DNA of 64,000 nt from the NCBI GenBank assembly GCA_951406725.2, contig OX597832.1:59520001-59584000 (forward strand). Direction: 5' to 3'. The first letter of the stretch is position 1; each line of letters starts with the position of its first letter. Origin of the DNA: Octopus vulgaris. Lineage: Eukaryota. Both the position numbers and the translations under genes were made by a program. Below are positions 46,945-60,661 of this stretch, piece after piece. The notes beneath the pieces are model-generated. The model saw only the letters and a list, made by a program, of their open reading frames with translations. It was not told the origin of the DNA and did not search any database.

Positions 46945-48089
46945 TCAAAAAGACATATGTCAGCCGATAGGCTGTGGCTATGCCAATACATACAATATAC
47001 AAAAGAACTAGTAATAGTTTCATGCTTCAGAGATACAATAAATTGGTAGATTTATGTGACATGCCACATATCTCTAAGCAATGTTTCAGGCCCAATGCAT
47101 AACATTAGATGTATTTAAAAGCCAGGAAATAGTTCTGTGAGAAAACATGGGGGATGAAACTAGAAGAAACGAATCGGGAAGGGAATAAAACACATAGGAA
47201 TTTGATGCAAAAATGGATCGTGAAGAAAGAAAAGGAACGAAAAACAACCAAGCACTGTAACCCGTCTGTCTGTCTGTCTGTAGAAATCATAATTAATGTA
47301 GCTGGTTTAGAATAATATAAAAGAAAGGAGGCCAAATTCTGTGAGATAGCTACTAATTCCGGAGCGGGTGGGGCTCTCCGGTTCGACAACATTTCTCCAT
47401 GGGAGAATGGTATAGAAGCGTCCAGGTTATACGGTACATATTTATAGTGTACAATCTATTGAGATTAATCTTCCTGGCGATATGTTAACACTGAGTAAGC
47501 TATTTTTTTTTGTTTCCATTTTATGCGTCAAATACAATTTGACGTCAAAAAATTATTGCTTTTACAGTGTCTATGCGAATATATCTAAACTTTTATAAAC
47601 CATTAAACCATGAAAAGTTGTGAGGGAAAAATAGAAAAACAAAAAAATTCTAACATTTGAAAATGAAAGAGATAGATGCAAATACAACGTTATCAGATAT
47701 ATAATTAATTAAAAATGATCATTAAATCATTTATAATCATTCTCAATCGTTTGACTTTGTGACCATACAAGGAAATTAAATATAAAAATATACTGACGTA
47801 CTGGAAATTAAATAATTCAAAAAATTACTGACGGACTTCACATGGAAATTTATACAAAACTATGTTTGAAAATTAAAAATTGAAAAACATACAGAAAAAA
47901 ACTGTTATTTATCTTGCTTTATTAATGATATTTGTGTATAACGAAATTATAAGTAATACGATTTTCATTATACACAAACATTAATTGGAATTTTTTAAAA
48001 TCTTTAATTATATTTTTTTAAATGCACAGTGCACCTAAACAGCTCTGATGGCGCAACTTTTGATGATAACTAAATTAGACCATATTAAA

Positions 48090-48722
48090 ATATTGGTTTC
48101 AAATTTTGGCTGACGGCCAGCAATTTCGGAGGTGGGGTTAAGCCGGTTGCATCGACCCCCCCCCCTCCGCCCACTGCTCAAATGGAACTTATTCTATCGA
48201 CCCCGAAAGGATGAGAGGATATTTGATCTTAGAAAGTAATGACAGACCAAATACCGCTAACGATTTTACACAGCGTGCTAAGATTATGCCTGGTTTCCGC
48301 TTCATTATTGGTTTCAAATTTTGGCACAAGGCCAGCAATTTCAGTGGAGCGGGTTAATCGATTTCATGCTCAAATTGCACTTATTTTATACACCCCGAAA
48401 GGAAGAATGGCAAAATCGACCTCGGCAGAATTTGAACTCAGAACGTAATGACGGACGAAATACCGCTAAGCATTTTGCCTGATGTGCTAACGGTTCTGCC
48501 ATCTCGCCACCCAAGTCAGCTTTTCTACTTTAGGAAGAAGGCCTGATATTTGGGTAAGAGGGATAGTCGATTACATCGACCCAAGAACTCAGCTGGTTCT
48601 TATTGTATCGACCCTGATGGGATGAAAGACTTCGGTACAATTTGAACTCAGACGGACACAATGCCGCTAAGCATATTGCCCCGTGCAGTAACCATTCTGC
48701 CCGCTAGCCACCTTAGACCATA
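48090..48722 (-). mobile_element. Cluster of three diverged SINE family A copies
   Basis: Repeated aatttt(g)gca..ggccagcaattt..accccgaaagga..tttgaactcaga..ccgctaagcat blocks, the reverse complement of family A. Confidence 0.7.
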
Positions 48723-48830
48723 TTATAATGTTTGGCTATTCTACTTGATGTGCGATGAACTGGCAAAATCAACGGATCAAATGTTTACCGGTATTCCTTG
48801 GGGATTTTGCACAGCAGTTCCATCTCTGTT

Positions 48831-49187
48831 TTACCTCTGCCTTAGCGAAGGCGGGAAGTATTGTTTCAGTCTTGTTTGTTTGTTTGTCCATAGACAAGAT
48901 ATCTCAGGAACCGCTGGATGGATTCGGATGAACCTTTCAGGGATGTTTGGCCTCGTGAATGGCATCAACTGATCAGATTTTGGGATCGATCTGGTACCGG
49001 ACAAGGATTCTGGTTTTTTTTTTTACTTAATTTTTGAGAGCGATCGGCTTCATTTTTAGTATTCTCGTATGTGAGAGCAGTCGACTTTATTTTAGATATT
49101 CTCATTTTAAAAATCATCTCTGACTCATCATTGAGAGGACGTTGGTGTTGCCTTTGCGAAGATTTGCACTCTCTGAGATCTCTTGTT
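48831..49187 (+). mobile_element. Non-autonomous Helentron-type element (HINE/DINE-like)
   Basis: 5' ttacctctgcc..ggcgggaagt hairpin, (GTTT)n tract and atatctcaggaaccgctggatggatt..atgaa block. Degenerate 3' subterminal repeat followed by gcactctctgag..gtt, with T-rich ends. Confidence 0.62.
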
Positions 49188-49339
49188 ATACAGAAGTGAT
49201 TGGTATTTGTCTCAGTTGAATGTTCCGCTTGACTGAAGCCTCTGGATCACGTGCACTGATATATCTTTCCGCCTGTCTTTCTTTAGATACACATCAATCC
49301 ATCTTCGACCACTATTCCTTGGAGATTCGTGTGTGTATA

Positions 49340-49560
49340 CAATCCTCAGGCACCTCTTACATTCAGGTCAATCAGAAGCAACCATCGTGACATCATCTGG
49401 CTGGATCTCCAAGCGTGACCAACTGAGTCGATAGACATTTTCGACCCTTCTCCCTAGTCTACACTCAGGTCTCTCACCGGTTGGCTCGGTTTTGATGTGA
49501 TCCCGAAATACGGAAAAACAGCGGCTCGTCGTAGAATATTTCCCCAATCTCCGCGGAGAT
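49340..49560 (-). pseudogene. Degenerate 3' end of an RTE-type LINE ORF
   Basis: Minus strand reads ..EPTGERP..GRR..YRLSWSRLEIQPDDVTMVASD*PECKRCLR, resembling the G-RP-GR..W..A-DR--WR C-terminus of RTE elements. Confidence 0.5.
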
Positions 49561-49820
49561 AAACATTTAACATAAACATTTTAACATAAACTTTACTGGT
49601 CTGAAACTCAATTCCTCAAAATGGTATCTCAAAATTTACCATGGACCTCCACTTTACTATATTGCATCCGTGGACCCCAAAAGATCTTATATGAGCCTTC
49701 AAATGTCCATATGGACTCCGGATTAGTGCCCCGGCTATTCATCTTTAGAATGGGCTTATTAAGTTAGTCGAACATGAATTTCAGATAACTGCGTAGTTGT
49801 CTAAACTATAATAAGTAGAT

Positions 49821-50241
49821 AGGCGCAGGAGTGGCTGTGTGGTAAGCAGCTTGCTAACCAACCACATGGTTCCGGGTTCAGTCCCACTGCGTGGCATCTT
49901 GGGCAAGTGTCTTCTGCTATAGTCCCGGGCCGACCAATGCCTCGTGAGTGGATTTGGTAGACGGAAACTGAAAGAAGCCTGTCGTATATATGTATATATG
50001 TATGTGTGTGTGTGTTTGTGTGTCTGTGTTTGTCCCCCTAGCATTGCTTAACAACCAATGCTGGTGTGTTTACGTCCCCGTCACTTAGCGGTTCGGCAAA
50101 AGAGACCGATAGAATAAGTACTGAGCTTACAAAGAATAAGTCCCGGGGTCGATATGCTCGACTAATGGCGGTGCTCCAGCATGGCCGCAGTCAAATGACT
50201 GAAACAAGTAAAAGAGTAAAAGAGAGAGAGAGTAAAGAGTA
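49821..50241 (+). mobile_element. Full-length SINE family B (tRNA-like head, CORE-like cttgggcaag block, internal TA/TG microsatellite)
   Basis: TGGCTGTGTGG A box, GGTTCAGTCC B box and (GAGTAAAA)n-like tail. More than 10 full or partial copies in the window, e.g. 24240, 25075, 33165, 58040 and 62295. Confidence 0.9.
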
Positions 50242-51098
50242 ACTTTACTTCAGGACCATCATAGAATACTTAAGAATAGGAGATTGGCAATTAAAACGAA
50301 ATGGAAAGAAACGACGAGATGGTGGTCGAGACAATGATGCCTAATTTGTCGTTAAAAAACGGTTCGAAGATAAAATTTGAATATTGTCCCTCTGAATTAT
50401 AAAAGTTGGGAGAATAAGGAGCAAATATTTCACAGGCGGGATTTGAACTCAGAACTGAAACATAATGTAACTACACCGCACATTGATTTTATATCCGGCC
50501 ACTTTATCAACTGTGACTATGTTCTCTGCTCTATGTAAATATGGTACTAAACCATTCGTTTGAAAAGTCGTAAATGCCTTTGTAATGTGTGTGCGTATAT
50601 GCCTATCAATGTGTGTGTAAGGGTGTAATTCGGGTATGTATATGTAGATAGACAGATGTATGCAAATAGGTAGACGTGTGGATGCCTATTATAGACGTGT
50701 CTATTTGCGCATTTGTGCGAGTGTGAGCGACTGTATTTTCTTTTAGTACTATATACATACATATATGTATGTATGTGTGTATGTATGCGTGTGTTTAAAT
50801 ATATATGGGTATATAATAACATACATACGTATATTTCTAATTTATATATATATCTATATATGTATATCTATATATAGATATACATATATAGATATACATA
50901 TATATGTGTGTGTGTGTGTATTTAAATACCCATTATTTAGTTATCTATATATATATATATGTATATATACATATCCATATATACAGATACACACACATAT
51001 ATGTATATATTTAAATACCCATAATTTAGTTATCTAAACATATGCATGTATATATACATATCCATATATACAAAAATATATATATATATGTTTATAAA

Positions 51099-51158
<60 letters not shown>

Positions 51159-51957
51159 TATATATATATGTAGAGATATGTACATATATAAATAGTATAT
51201 CTATATATATAAATGTATATATACATATATATGTAGAGATATGTACATATATAAATAGTGTATATATATATAAATATATACATACATATATATATATATA
51301 TAAACATAGCTAGTTTATATTAATTTTTACATACATGCATACTAACTTACATACGTACATATGTTTGATGTATGTATGTATGTATGTATGTATGTATGTA
51401 TGTATGTATGTATGTATGAATGAATGTATGTATGTATGTATGTATGTATGTATGTATGTATGTATGTATGTATGTATGTATGTCCCTATGAATCAGAGTG
51501 ATATTTCACCTCTCCAAACCGACCCTTACAAACCAAATTATTTGCCTGTCCGTCCCGGCCAATAAAACCAGTCAATAAAAGCCGCTTCCCAATTTTTCTC
51601 TTCTCCTTCTTTCTTTACCTCTTTGTCTTCCTTTTTCCTTTCTTTCTCCCCATTCTTCTTCTTCTCTTTTATTTTTCCCATTTTTCTTCTATTTTATTTA
51701 CTTTTCCTTTGCCATTTACGTTTCAACTATCTTCAGATAAATTCCAAAATGTCCGTTGTATCTTTGTTAAAGATGGCTGCTTTTGCTTTCGAACGTACAT
51801 AGACATGCACACACACACACACACACACACCACACACACTCACACATACACAAACGCGCATATATATGCATATATATTTATTTATATGTATATATAAATA
51901 TATATATACACATAAATATATGTGTGTGTGTATGTGTATATATATGTATATATATAC

Positions 51958-52010
<53 letters not shown>

Positions 52011-52030
52011 CATAAATATACGTGTGTATG

Positions 52031-52062
<32 letters not shown>

Positions 52063-52696
52063 TGAATAATGATATATACATACATTTAAACATAAATATA
52101 CATGCATATATATATATACATAAATGTATACTCAAACACACACATATGACACCATATATACAAGCATACATATATCTCTAAATTTGCTTACTTATATATA
52201 TACACGAACAATATATGTATGCGTGTGTTATATGTGTGTGTATGTATGTATGTGTGCGTCTGTATATGTGTATGTTTGGGAGGCTGTCTGACTGTGTGCG
52301 TATGTATGTGTGAGCATGTGTGTGTGTGTGTGTGTGTTTGCATGTGTGTTACTTTTCCTTTTTCTTCTCTTGCTGGACATGCATGAATGCTTGACTAAGA
52401 ATTAACTGTTCGGAATTTTCTTTTATTATTTTTCGTTTGTTTTATCGTCTTCCCTCTTATTTCTTTTATTATTATTTTTTATTCTATATATTTCTATTTT
52501 CCCTCATCTTCAGGGTGTGGAGGTGCTTTTCTCCGAGTCTCTTTCATTTTCAACACCAAATTTTTTTTTTCATATTTACTTCTTTTAAATGTTTATTATT
52601 CTTGCATTTTCTCTTCTTTTTTCATTCATATATCTATATATTCATCTTCTTCGTTATTTTCAATTATTATTATTATCATTATTATTATTAGTAGTA

Positions 52697-52853
<157 letters not shown>

Positions 52854-53026
52854 CAGTAGTAGCAGTAGTAGTAGTAGTATATTCTCATTCTTGCAGAGAT
52901 ACTGATCTGATGCTTTGTAAAGCTTATAACAAAAACGTATTGAGTCTACGACTAGGTCACTCTTGGCTGTAGAATATTTGCTGCCCTACTGTGGCAGATA
53001 ATAACAAATAACACCAATCACCCACC

Positions 53027-53117
<91 letters not shown>

Positions 53118-53119
53118 CA

Positions 53120-53647
53120 TTGCGTGAGAGAGCAGTGCATGCCATCAAAGTGACACTGGGATAAAATATACGAAGCCCAGTATACCCATCATGACTACAC
53201 GTCTGATAATGCTACACCACGCACATGCATCACAACCATATGTGATCTCATATCAAGATAAACAGCGCATGACTTTGCAGGTGGGGCCCAGTTAGAATTA
53301 ACTTCTGGTTGAGTAACCCATCCCGCAAAAAAGGTCCCTGAATAAGGGTTGTTTAAGGATGTTGAACGAAACACCTATGTTTCCAGAGGTGAATTATCAA
53401 ACCCAAAAGAATCCTTCTCAACACATGGCTATGATGCTCCCCAACTGCTTCTGCTCGTGATCAGAGATGCACATAACGTCAGCCACTGAGGGACATGGTC
53501 AACTGGTTAAGGTCAAACAACTGACAAGCAAATGTGTGGTATTGAGCAGAATCTTTTATACCAAGACAAAACTAAGTACATGAGAACACTTCAAATCAGT
53601 TAAGATCAGAAGCCATGAGAGCCACTGTCTGGTACTGCATCAGGGCA
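53120..53647. mobile_element. About 530-bp non-coding interspersed element embedded in (TTA)n
   Basis: Both ends run directly into (TTA)n, and a partial second copy is at 55810-56080. No ORF or A/B box was recognised. Confidence 0.72.
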
Positions 53648-53655
53648 TTATTATT

Positions 53656-53709
<54 letters not shown>

Positions 53710-54949
53710 GCTGTTGTTATTATTGTTGTTATTGTTATTATTATTATCACTATTAAGGTGGCGAGCTGGCAGAATCGTTAGCACACTGGACAAAATGCTT
53801 AGCGGTTTTTAACCCGTCGTTACTTTCTGCGTTCAGTTCCCGCGGAGCTCGACATTGCCTTTCATTATTTCGTTGTCGAAATTAAGAACCATTGATGTAA
53901 TCGAGAAGTCCCCTCCCCAAAAGTTCAGGCCTTGTGCCAATATTTGAAGAGATTATTATTGTTGTTGCTTTTGGTGGAGGTGGTGGTGGTGGTAGTGTTG
54001 ATGTTGCTATTGGTACTGAATGCTCGTGCGTTTTGTTAGTAATTAATTTTCGTTTTGATTATTGCCTCCAAATGTTGTTAGTTGTTTATGTTGTTACAAA
54101 TGTTGGTCGAAATCACCGCCATTGCTTAGTTCTGCTCAGTGTATCTGAGAAAAAGAAAATATTCATTTTGTTTTAGAAAATAAATAATTTTAAAAGGAAA
54201 CATGGCGACATGCACCGTGCCAAGTTACATGGAAGTGGAAGTAAGAGGTAGCTCTGATAGTGAGTTGCAAGTCACCTGAAAGTCCACCATCTACCTTCAA
54301 ATAGAAAGGGAGGTAAGCAGTCGCCAATTTCAAAGTAGAGTGGACCACACTACCAATATGACAACAAACAGCAGCAAAAACAATGCCAGCGCAGCTTGGG
54401 AATTAAATTCCAATCACGAAACAGTTTTCGTCGCAATAAATGAGGCAACACCGAAGACATCCACTAACGTCAACAACAAAATTATGAGAACGGCCACCTC
54501 TCACTCCACTATTCCCACCGCCACTGCAACAACAAAAATTATGACTCGTGCACTGATATATCTTTACGTCTGTCTTTCTTTAGAAAAAAATATTTAGGAA
54601 AAAATATAAAACAACAGTAGCTCCGACTGCTTAAACAGCAACATTTCCAATGAGAATAACAACATCAACAACAATAACAACAATACATTCACAGCGCAGC
54701 TGCAAAAGACATAGAGCTCTACAGCATGGATATCCTACAGATAGACAATACTTCTGGCCAAGAGGCCAAACTGATAAGGATGGAAAAAGCGCGGGCGGAC
54801 GTTGTCATCCTGCACCCTCTGAGGTGTTGGCAGAAACACATAAAAAAAGCAGTACTTTATTAATTTACTGCTATAAACGCAAAGCGGTCGGAGACGACTA
54901 GTCAGGCAGATGTGGAAATTGCACTGGAATTGACAATGCCCGACATTCA

Positions 54950-55725
54950 GCATATCTCGAGAGTTAAGCAATTTGCAGCGTTCTTCAAAACCTGCAGCTC
55001 TGGCCGCTAAACACACCGTGGTTCTCTGTCGGAGCGAAATATATGTGCGCCGTCTATCATATTTAGGAAGGAAGACGGAGATGACGATCTCAGTAATTAC
55101 ACCTGGGCATAATTTATGGTGGATATTAGTGTGTATCGTTTTGGAAGGGAGTAGCAGCACTCTGAATGTAAAGCGGTCTCGTTATGAAAATTGGTCTGGG
55201 ATCAGATTCGAGGTGCTACTCCACATTAAACTAGACACGATCCACAAGGTCCCTGCCATTCACCTTCTCGAAAGGGAACAGGTGCATGTTACGGTCGAGA
55301 GAAAAAAATCACGGTGCCAACTGTGTGGGGAGACTGGCCACCAGTCGGAATCGTTTATCATTGCAAACGCTCATACCTCTTATCCAGTCGAGAAATGCGG
55401 TAATCGGAAGTTCCACATCAGGGTTGTATAGGGAATTAATGGGCAGTAAGAGCGATGATATCTTCGGAAAACTTTGGGCGTTAGAAGGGATCACTTAGTT
55501 TGGCTTTTCTGGAGGACTTTCAGGTCGGGGCACATGAATAATTTCCAGAAATCCTCACTCCTGCAGAGTTATGGAGGAGTTGTGCCAGTTCAAGACAGGC
55601 TCTATTGGCACAGAAGTACTGTCAGATGGACCATTACAAGATGTGTGGAGGACGATCAAACCTTCCTGCATGCACTCATAAAGTGTCCTGACAATGTGGA
55701 CTTGAGGAGTTGTTGTCGTGTGTAG
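54950..55725 (+). pseudogene. Internally deleted L1/Tx1-like LINE relic (ORF1 zinc-knuckle region joined to ORF2 C-terminus)
   Basis: ORF 54973-55431 contains VTVE..SRCQLCGETGHQSESF, a degenerate CCHC knuckle. ORF 55474-55725 contains NNFQKS..PVQDRLY..TRCVEDDQTFLHALIKC, resembling an ORF2 C-terminal zinc finger. No EN or RT lies between them. Confidence 0.62.
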
Positions 55726-55809
55726 AATGTATCTGCTTACTGATATAACCCTTACCCCGAAAGCGCTAACCTTATCCCAAAATTTGAAACCAATATTATT
55801 AATATTAAA

Positions 55810-56080
55810 TGAGAGAGCAGTGCATACTCCTAAAGTGAAACTGGGGTACAAATATATGAAGCTCAGTATAACCGGCGTTATAAGGGTACACCGGGCACAT
55901 GCATCATGACCATATGTGCTTGACATGGTGATCTCATATTAATGTTAACAGCGCATGACCTTGCAGGTGGGGCCCATTTAGAATTTTGATCAGATAGAGT
56001 AACCAGTCCCGCTCAAAAAGTCCCTGAATAAGTGTTGTTTGAGCATGCTGAACCAAACACCAAAGGTGAATTATTCAAGC
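55810..56080. mobile_element. Partial second copy of the 53120-53647 element
   Basis: tgagagagcagtgcat..aacagcgcatgaccttgcaggtggggccca..gtccctgaataag matches the first copy. Confidence 0.8.
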
Positions 56081-56085
56081 CCGGT

Positions 56086-56146
56086 CCGACGAACGGAAAC
56101 ATGAAACTCTAAGTATCAGATTTTTTCTATATTTCTACTGCCTTTA

Positions 56147-56151
<5 letters not shown>
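56086..56151 (+). mobile_element. Diverged copy of the 31074 HHR-tail family
   Basis: ccgacga-acg-gaaa-cat-gaaa-ctctaag-ta-tcag..tttctactgcctttaaataa, followed by (TA)n, is colinear with 31078-31144. Confidence 0.6.
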
Positions 56152-56177
<26 letters not shown>

Positions 56178-56210
56178 CAGTAGAGTGGACCCACAACCCA
56201 TATATATATT

Positions 56211-56283
<73 letters not shown>

Positions 56284-56435
56284 CACACACACATATATAT
56301 ATACATATATATATATGTGTGTGTGTGTATGTATGTATGTATGTATGTATGTATGTATGCATGCATGTATTTATGTATGTATGTATGTATGTAAGTATGT
56401 ACGTATGTATGTATGTATGTATGTAAGTATGTATG

Positions 56436-56466
<31 letters not shown>

Positions 56467-56519
56467 TTATGTATGTATGTATGTATGTATGTAAGTATGT
56501 ATGTATAGCTCAAATTTAT

Positions 56520-56635
56520 ATAAAAGCAAAGAGGAAGACAGGTGTAGGAACAGCAACCAGGTGTTTTAGTTTAACACACGGGAAAAATGAAAATTCTTTT
56601 ATGTTTCGAGCCTACGCTCTTCGACAGAGAGGAAG

Positions 56636-56636
<1 letters not shown>
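56520..56636 (-). mobile_element. Solo 3' tail of the 60662-62291 Penelope family with HHR-like motif
   Basis: tttcgagcctacgctcttcgacaga and the ttagtttaac..cgggaa block match 60715-60779. Flanked by (TATG)n and (TG)n. Confidence 0.75.
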
Positions 56637-56685
<49 letters not shown>

Positions 56686-57420
56686 GCGTGCGTGCGTGTA
56701 TTTGTGTGTGTATGTGTTTACATATATATATGCATGCGCAGGCTGAGTCCTTGTGCGCATATCAGAAATTAATGTCATACAACTATCCTAAAATTAATAT
56801 CAAACAACAAACGTTATACTGACATAATACAACCCATATCGAACAGTACCGGACACAGCGGTAATAGTAAATAAATGATATAGACGCTATACAGCCGATA
56901 TACTTCTAATTTAGTAATTACCGTACACATATCATACAGATTCCTTATATAATAATTGTAGAAATAATACTAGCGGCGTACTACAAAATTCATTGATGTA
57001 ATAATTATATAAGATATTATAGATATATTATCGATTAAATTACTTCTAATTTTGGCACAGTCAGCAATTTCGAGGAATTGGTTAAGTCGAACCAAGTGAT
57101 AAACCGATAATTCTTCTATCGATCTCGGAAAGATAAAAGGCAAAACTGGCTTCGGTGGAATTTGATCTCAGAACGAAATACGTATAGTAAATTAGTATAA
57201 ACAGTTGTAGTAAGAATCTGAGATTTGTGGAGTGACTACATCAGATGATGTGGTACGCATATAACAGATCTAGGTTTAATATAGTAGACGTCGTCCTAAT
57301 TAATGGCTTGTAGTCACGTGGTATTTCGGTATGCAACCGTAATGTTTTTATAAGTCAACATCACGTTCTACTGTGTTAGCAGTGCTCTTCAAATTATTTT
57401 GTTGATGGTAATTCTACTGA

Positions 57421-57837
57421 AAGGTGGTGAGCTGGCAGAAATGTTAGCATGCCAGGCGAAATGCTTAGCGGTATTTCGTCTGTCTTTACGTTCTGAGTTC
57501 AAATTCCGCCGAGGTCGACTTTGCCTTTCATCCTTTCGGGGTCGATAAATTAAGTACCAGTTATGCACTGGGGTCGATGTAATTGACTTAATACCTATGT
57601 CTGTCCTTGTTTGTCCCCTCTGTGTTTAGCCCCTTGTGGGTTATAAAGAAATATGTATTTCGTCTGTCTTTACGTTCTGAGTTCAAATTTCGCCGAGGTC
57701 GACTTTGCCTTTCATCCTTTCGGGGTCGATAAATTAAGTACCAGTTATGCACTGGGGTCGATGTAATTGACTTAATACCTATGTCTGTCCTTGTTTGTCC
57801 CCTCTATGTTTAGCCCCTTGTGGATAATAAAGAAATA
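57421..57837 (+). mobile_element. Young SINE family A with duplicated 184-bp body and 17-bp TSD
   Basis: Units start at 57471 and 57655. GGTAATTCTACTGAAAG flanks the element at 57407-57423 and 57838-57854. Confidence 0.92.
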
Positions 57838-58171
57838 GGTAATTCTACTGAAAGTTTAGCCAGAAGTAATTTTGCTACAACGTTTCGTATCGAGACGCCA
57901 AATGTAAACAATCAGTCAGATCGAAGAAAACAATGGGAAATGAATGTATATGTCATATTTCGGCGGTTAGATGGGTGTTGATGTCGGAGTAAAAATCCCC
58001 GAAATATGGCATATTCACTCATTAAACATTAAACAATCTTTTACTCTTTTACTTGTTTCAGTCATTTGACTACGACCATGCTGGAGCACCGCCTTTTAGT
58101 CGAACAAATCGACCCCCAGGACTTCTTTGTAAGCCTAGTATTTATTCTATCGGTCTGTTTTGCTGAACCGC

Positions 58172-58235
58172 TAAGTTAAGGGGTCATAAACAAACCAGTA
58201 TCGGTTGTCAAGCGATGTTGGGGGGATAAACACAG

Positions 58236-58304
<69 letters not shown>

Positions 58305-58773
58305 CGACGGGCTTCTTTCAGTTTCCGTCTACTAAATCCACTCACAAGGCTACTATAGCCACGGCCCGAGGCTATAGTAGGAGACACTTGCCCAAGGTGC
58401 CACGCAGTAGGAATGAACTCGGAACCATGTGGTTCGTAAGCAAGCTACTTACCACACAGGTTATAATGTGTAGGTTATAATTTATGTAGAAATAACCTTA
58501 ACAAAAGCTCTGCTAAAATACCAGATGCAGCGCTACTGTAACTTGTATAGTACGAATGTTGATTACAAATATTTGCACAAGGCCCGCAATTTAGGAGGAG
58601 ATGGGTGAGTCAATTACATCGGCCTCCAATGATCTACTGGTATTGTTTTACCCGATCCGGAAATAATGGAAAGCAAAGTTGACCCCAGCGGAATTAGAAC
58701 TCGGTTAAGTTAAGGGGTCATAAACAAACCAGTATCGGTTGTCAAGCGATGTTGGGGGGATAAACACAGACAT

Positions 58774-58834
<61 letters not shown>

Positions 58835-59239
58835 CGACGGGCTTCTTTCAGTTTCCGTCTACTAAATCCACTCACAAGGCTACTATAGCCACGGCCCGAG
58901 GCTATAGTAGGAGACACTTGCCCAAGGTGCCACGCAGTAGGAATGAACTCGGAACCATGTGGTTCGTAAGCAAGCTACTTACCACACAGGTTATAATGTG
59001 TAGGTTATAATTTATGTAGAAATAACCTTAACAAAAGCTCTGCTAAAATACCAGATGCAGCGCTACTGTAACTTGTATAGTACGAATGTTGATTACAAAT
59101 ATTTGCACAAGGCCCGCAATTTAGGAGGAGATGGGTGAGTCAATTACATCGGCCTCCAATGATCTACTGGTATTGTTTTACCCGATCCGGAAATAATGGA
59201 AAGCAAAGTTGACCCCAGCGGAATTAGAACTCGGTTAAG
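58172..59239. repeat. Near-identical tandem duplication (534 + 530 bp)
   Basis: Units start at 58172 and 58706 and differ visibly only in microsatellite length. TAAG occurs at all three boundaries. Confidence 0.94.
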
Positions 59240-59353
59240 CTCGGCGTGCTTAACGATTCTACAACCTCGACGCCTTCATAATATGAACTAATATTGACTT
59301 CTTCTTGATCTTCTTCTTGTTCTTCTTCTTGTTCTTGTTCTTGTTCTTCTTCT

Positions 59354-59385
<32 letters not shown>

Positions 59386-59536
59386 TTCTTCTTCTTCTTC
59401 TTCTTTTTCTTCTTCTTCTTCTTCTTCTTCTTCTTCTTCTTCTTTCCTTCTTTCTTTCTTTTTCTTCTCCATCTCCTCCTCATTATTATTATTATTATTA
59501 TTACATAATATATATTCACATGTGTATACACACATA

Positions 59537-59588
<52 letters not shown>

Positions 59589-59735
59589 CCGACATATATA
59601 TTCTTATGTACATACATATAATCATACATACAAATATATATACATGCAGGTGGATATATATGTATATATGTGTATATATATATATATGTATATGTGTACG
59701 TATGTATGTATGTATGTATGTATATATATATACAT

Positions 59736-59794
<59 letters not shown>

Positions 59795-60588
59795 CACACA
59801 CAGACACACACACACACATATATATATATATACATATGTATTGTACTTAGAATATTTCTCATCAGAACCAAGCCAATATACGACTAAAAGAACATTTAAC
59901 AATACCAAAAATATAAAGTCACATCATCAGTAAACCATATCTGGCAAAATTTAGAACTCCGAACAAGAAGAAGAACACCAACAGAATCTCTACAGCATAG
60001 TATTTCAGCGGTTGCTATTACACTACCTCGTAACTTGTAAGATCTATAACAATTCCACTGTTACAAATCAAATTCTTGTGAATGGTACTGCAGGATTTTC
60101 TTTGCAACAATCACTCCAGCATCTGTGATTTATACCGTATTCCCATGCAAACTCTGCAAATCGAAATTCGGATATAATTTCCGTGAAGAACCATTATACT
60201 TTGATGTCAGACGAACAACTGATGCAATAGGAACTTTCATTCCGACGTTCACATATCCGATTCTCATCCATCAAAATCTCTCGTATTATGTATGATGAAA
60301 TTGTAAATCACAAATTTCAACAGCAGTAGAAACTTCCTATGAACTATAAACCACATTGCGGATTCCACCCGATCTCTATCGAGACAGCAACAGGCATGAA
60401 ACACAACATAAAGCATACAACACCATACTACATCGCACTAAAACACAGTTACTTTCTCTACACCTCGCCCCTGCATCGATCACACTTTACAGCAACAGGC
60501 AGACTATATCACATCATGCATCAGTGGTGGTTTATTTATTAATACATTGATAGGTAGGTAGGTAGATAGATTGGAAGAAAAAGATAGG

Positions 60589-60659
<71 letters not shown>

Positions 60660-60661
60660 TG

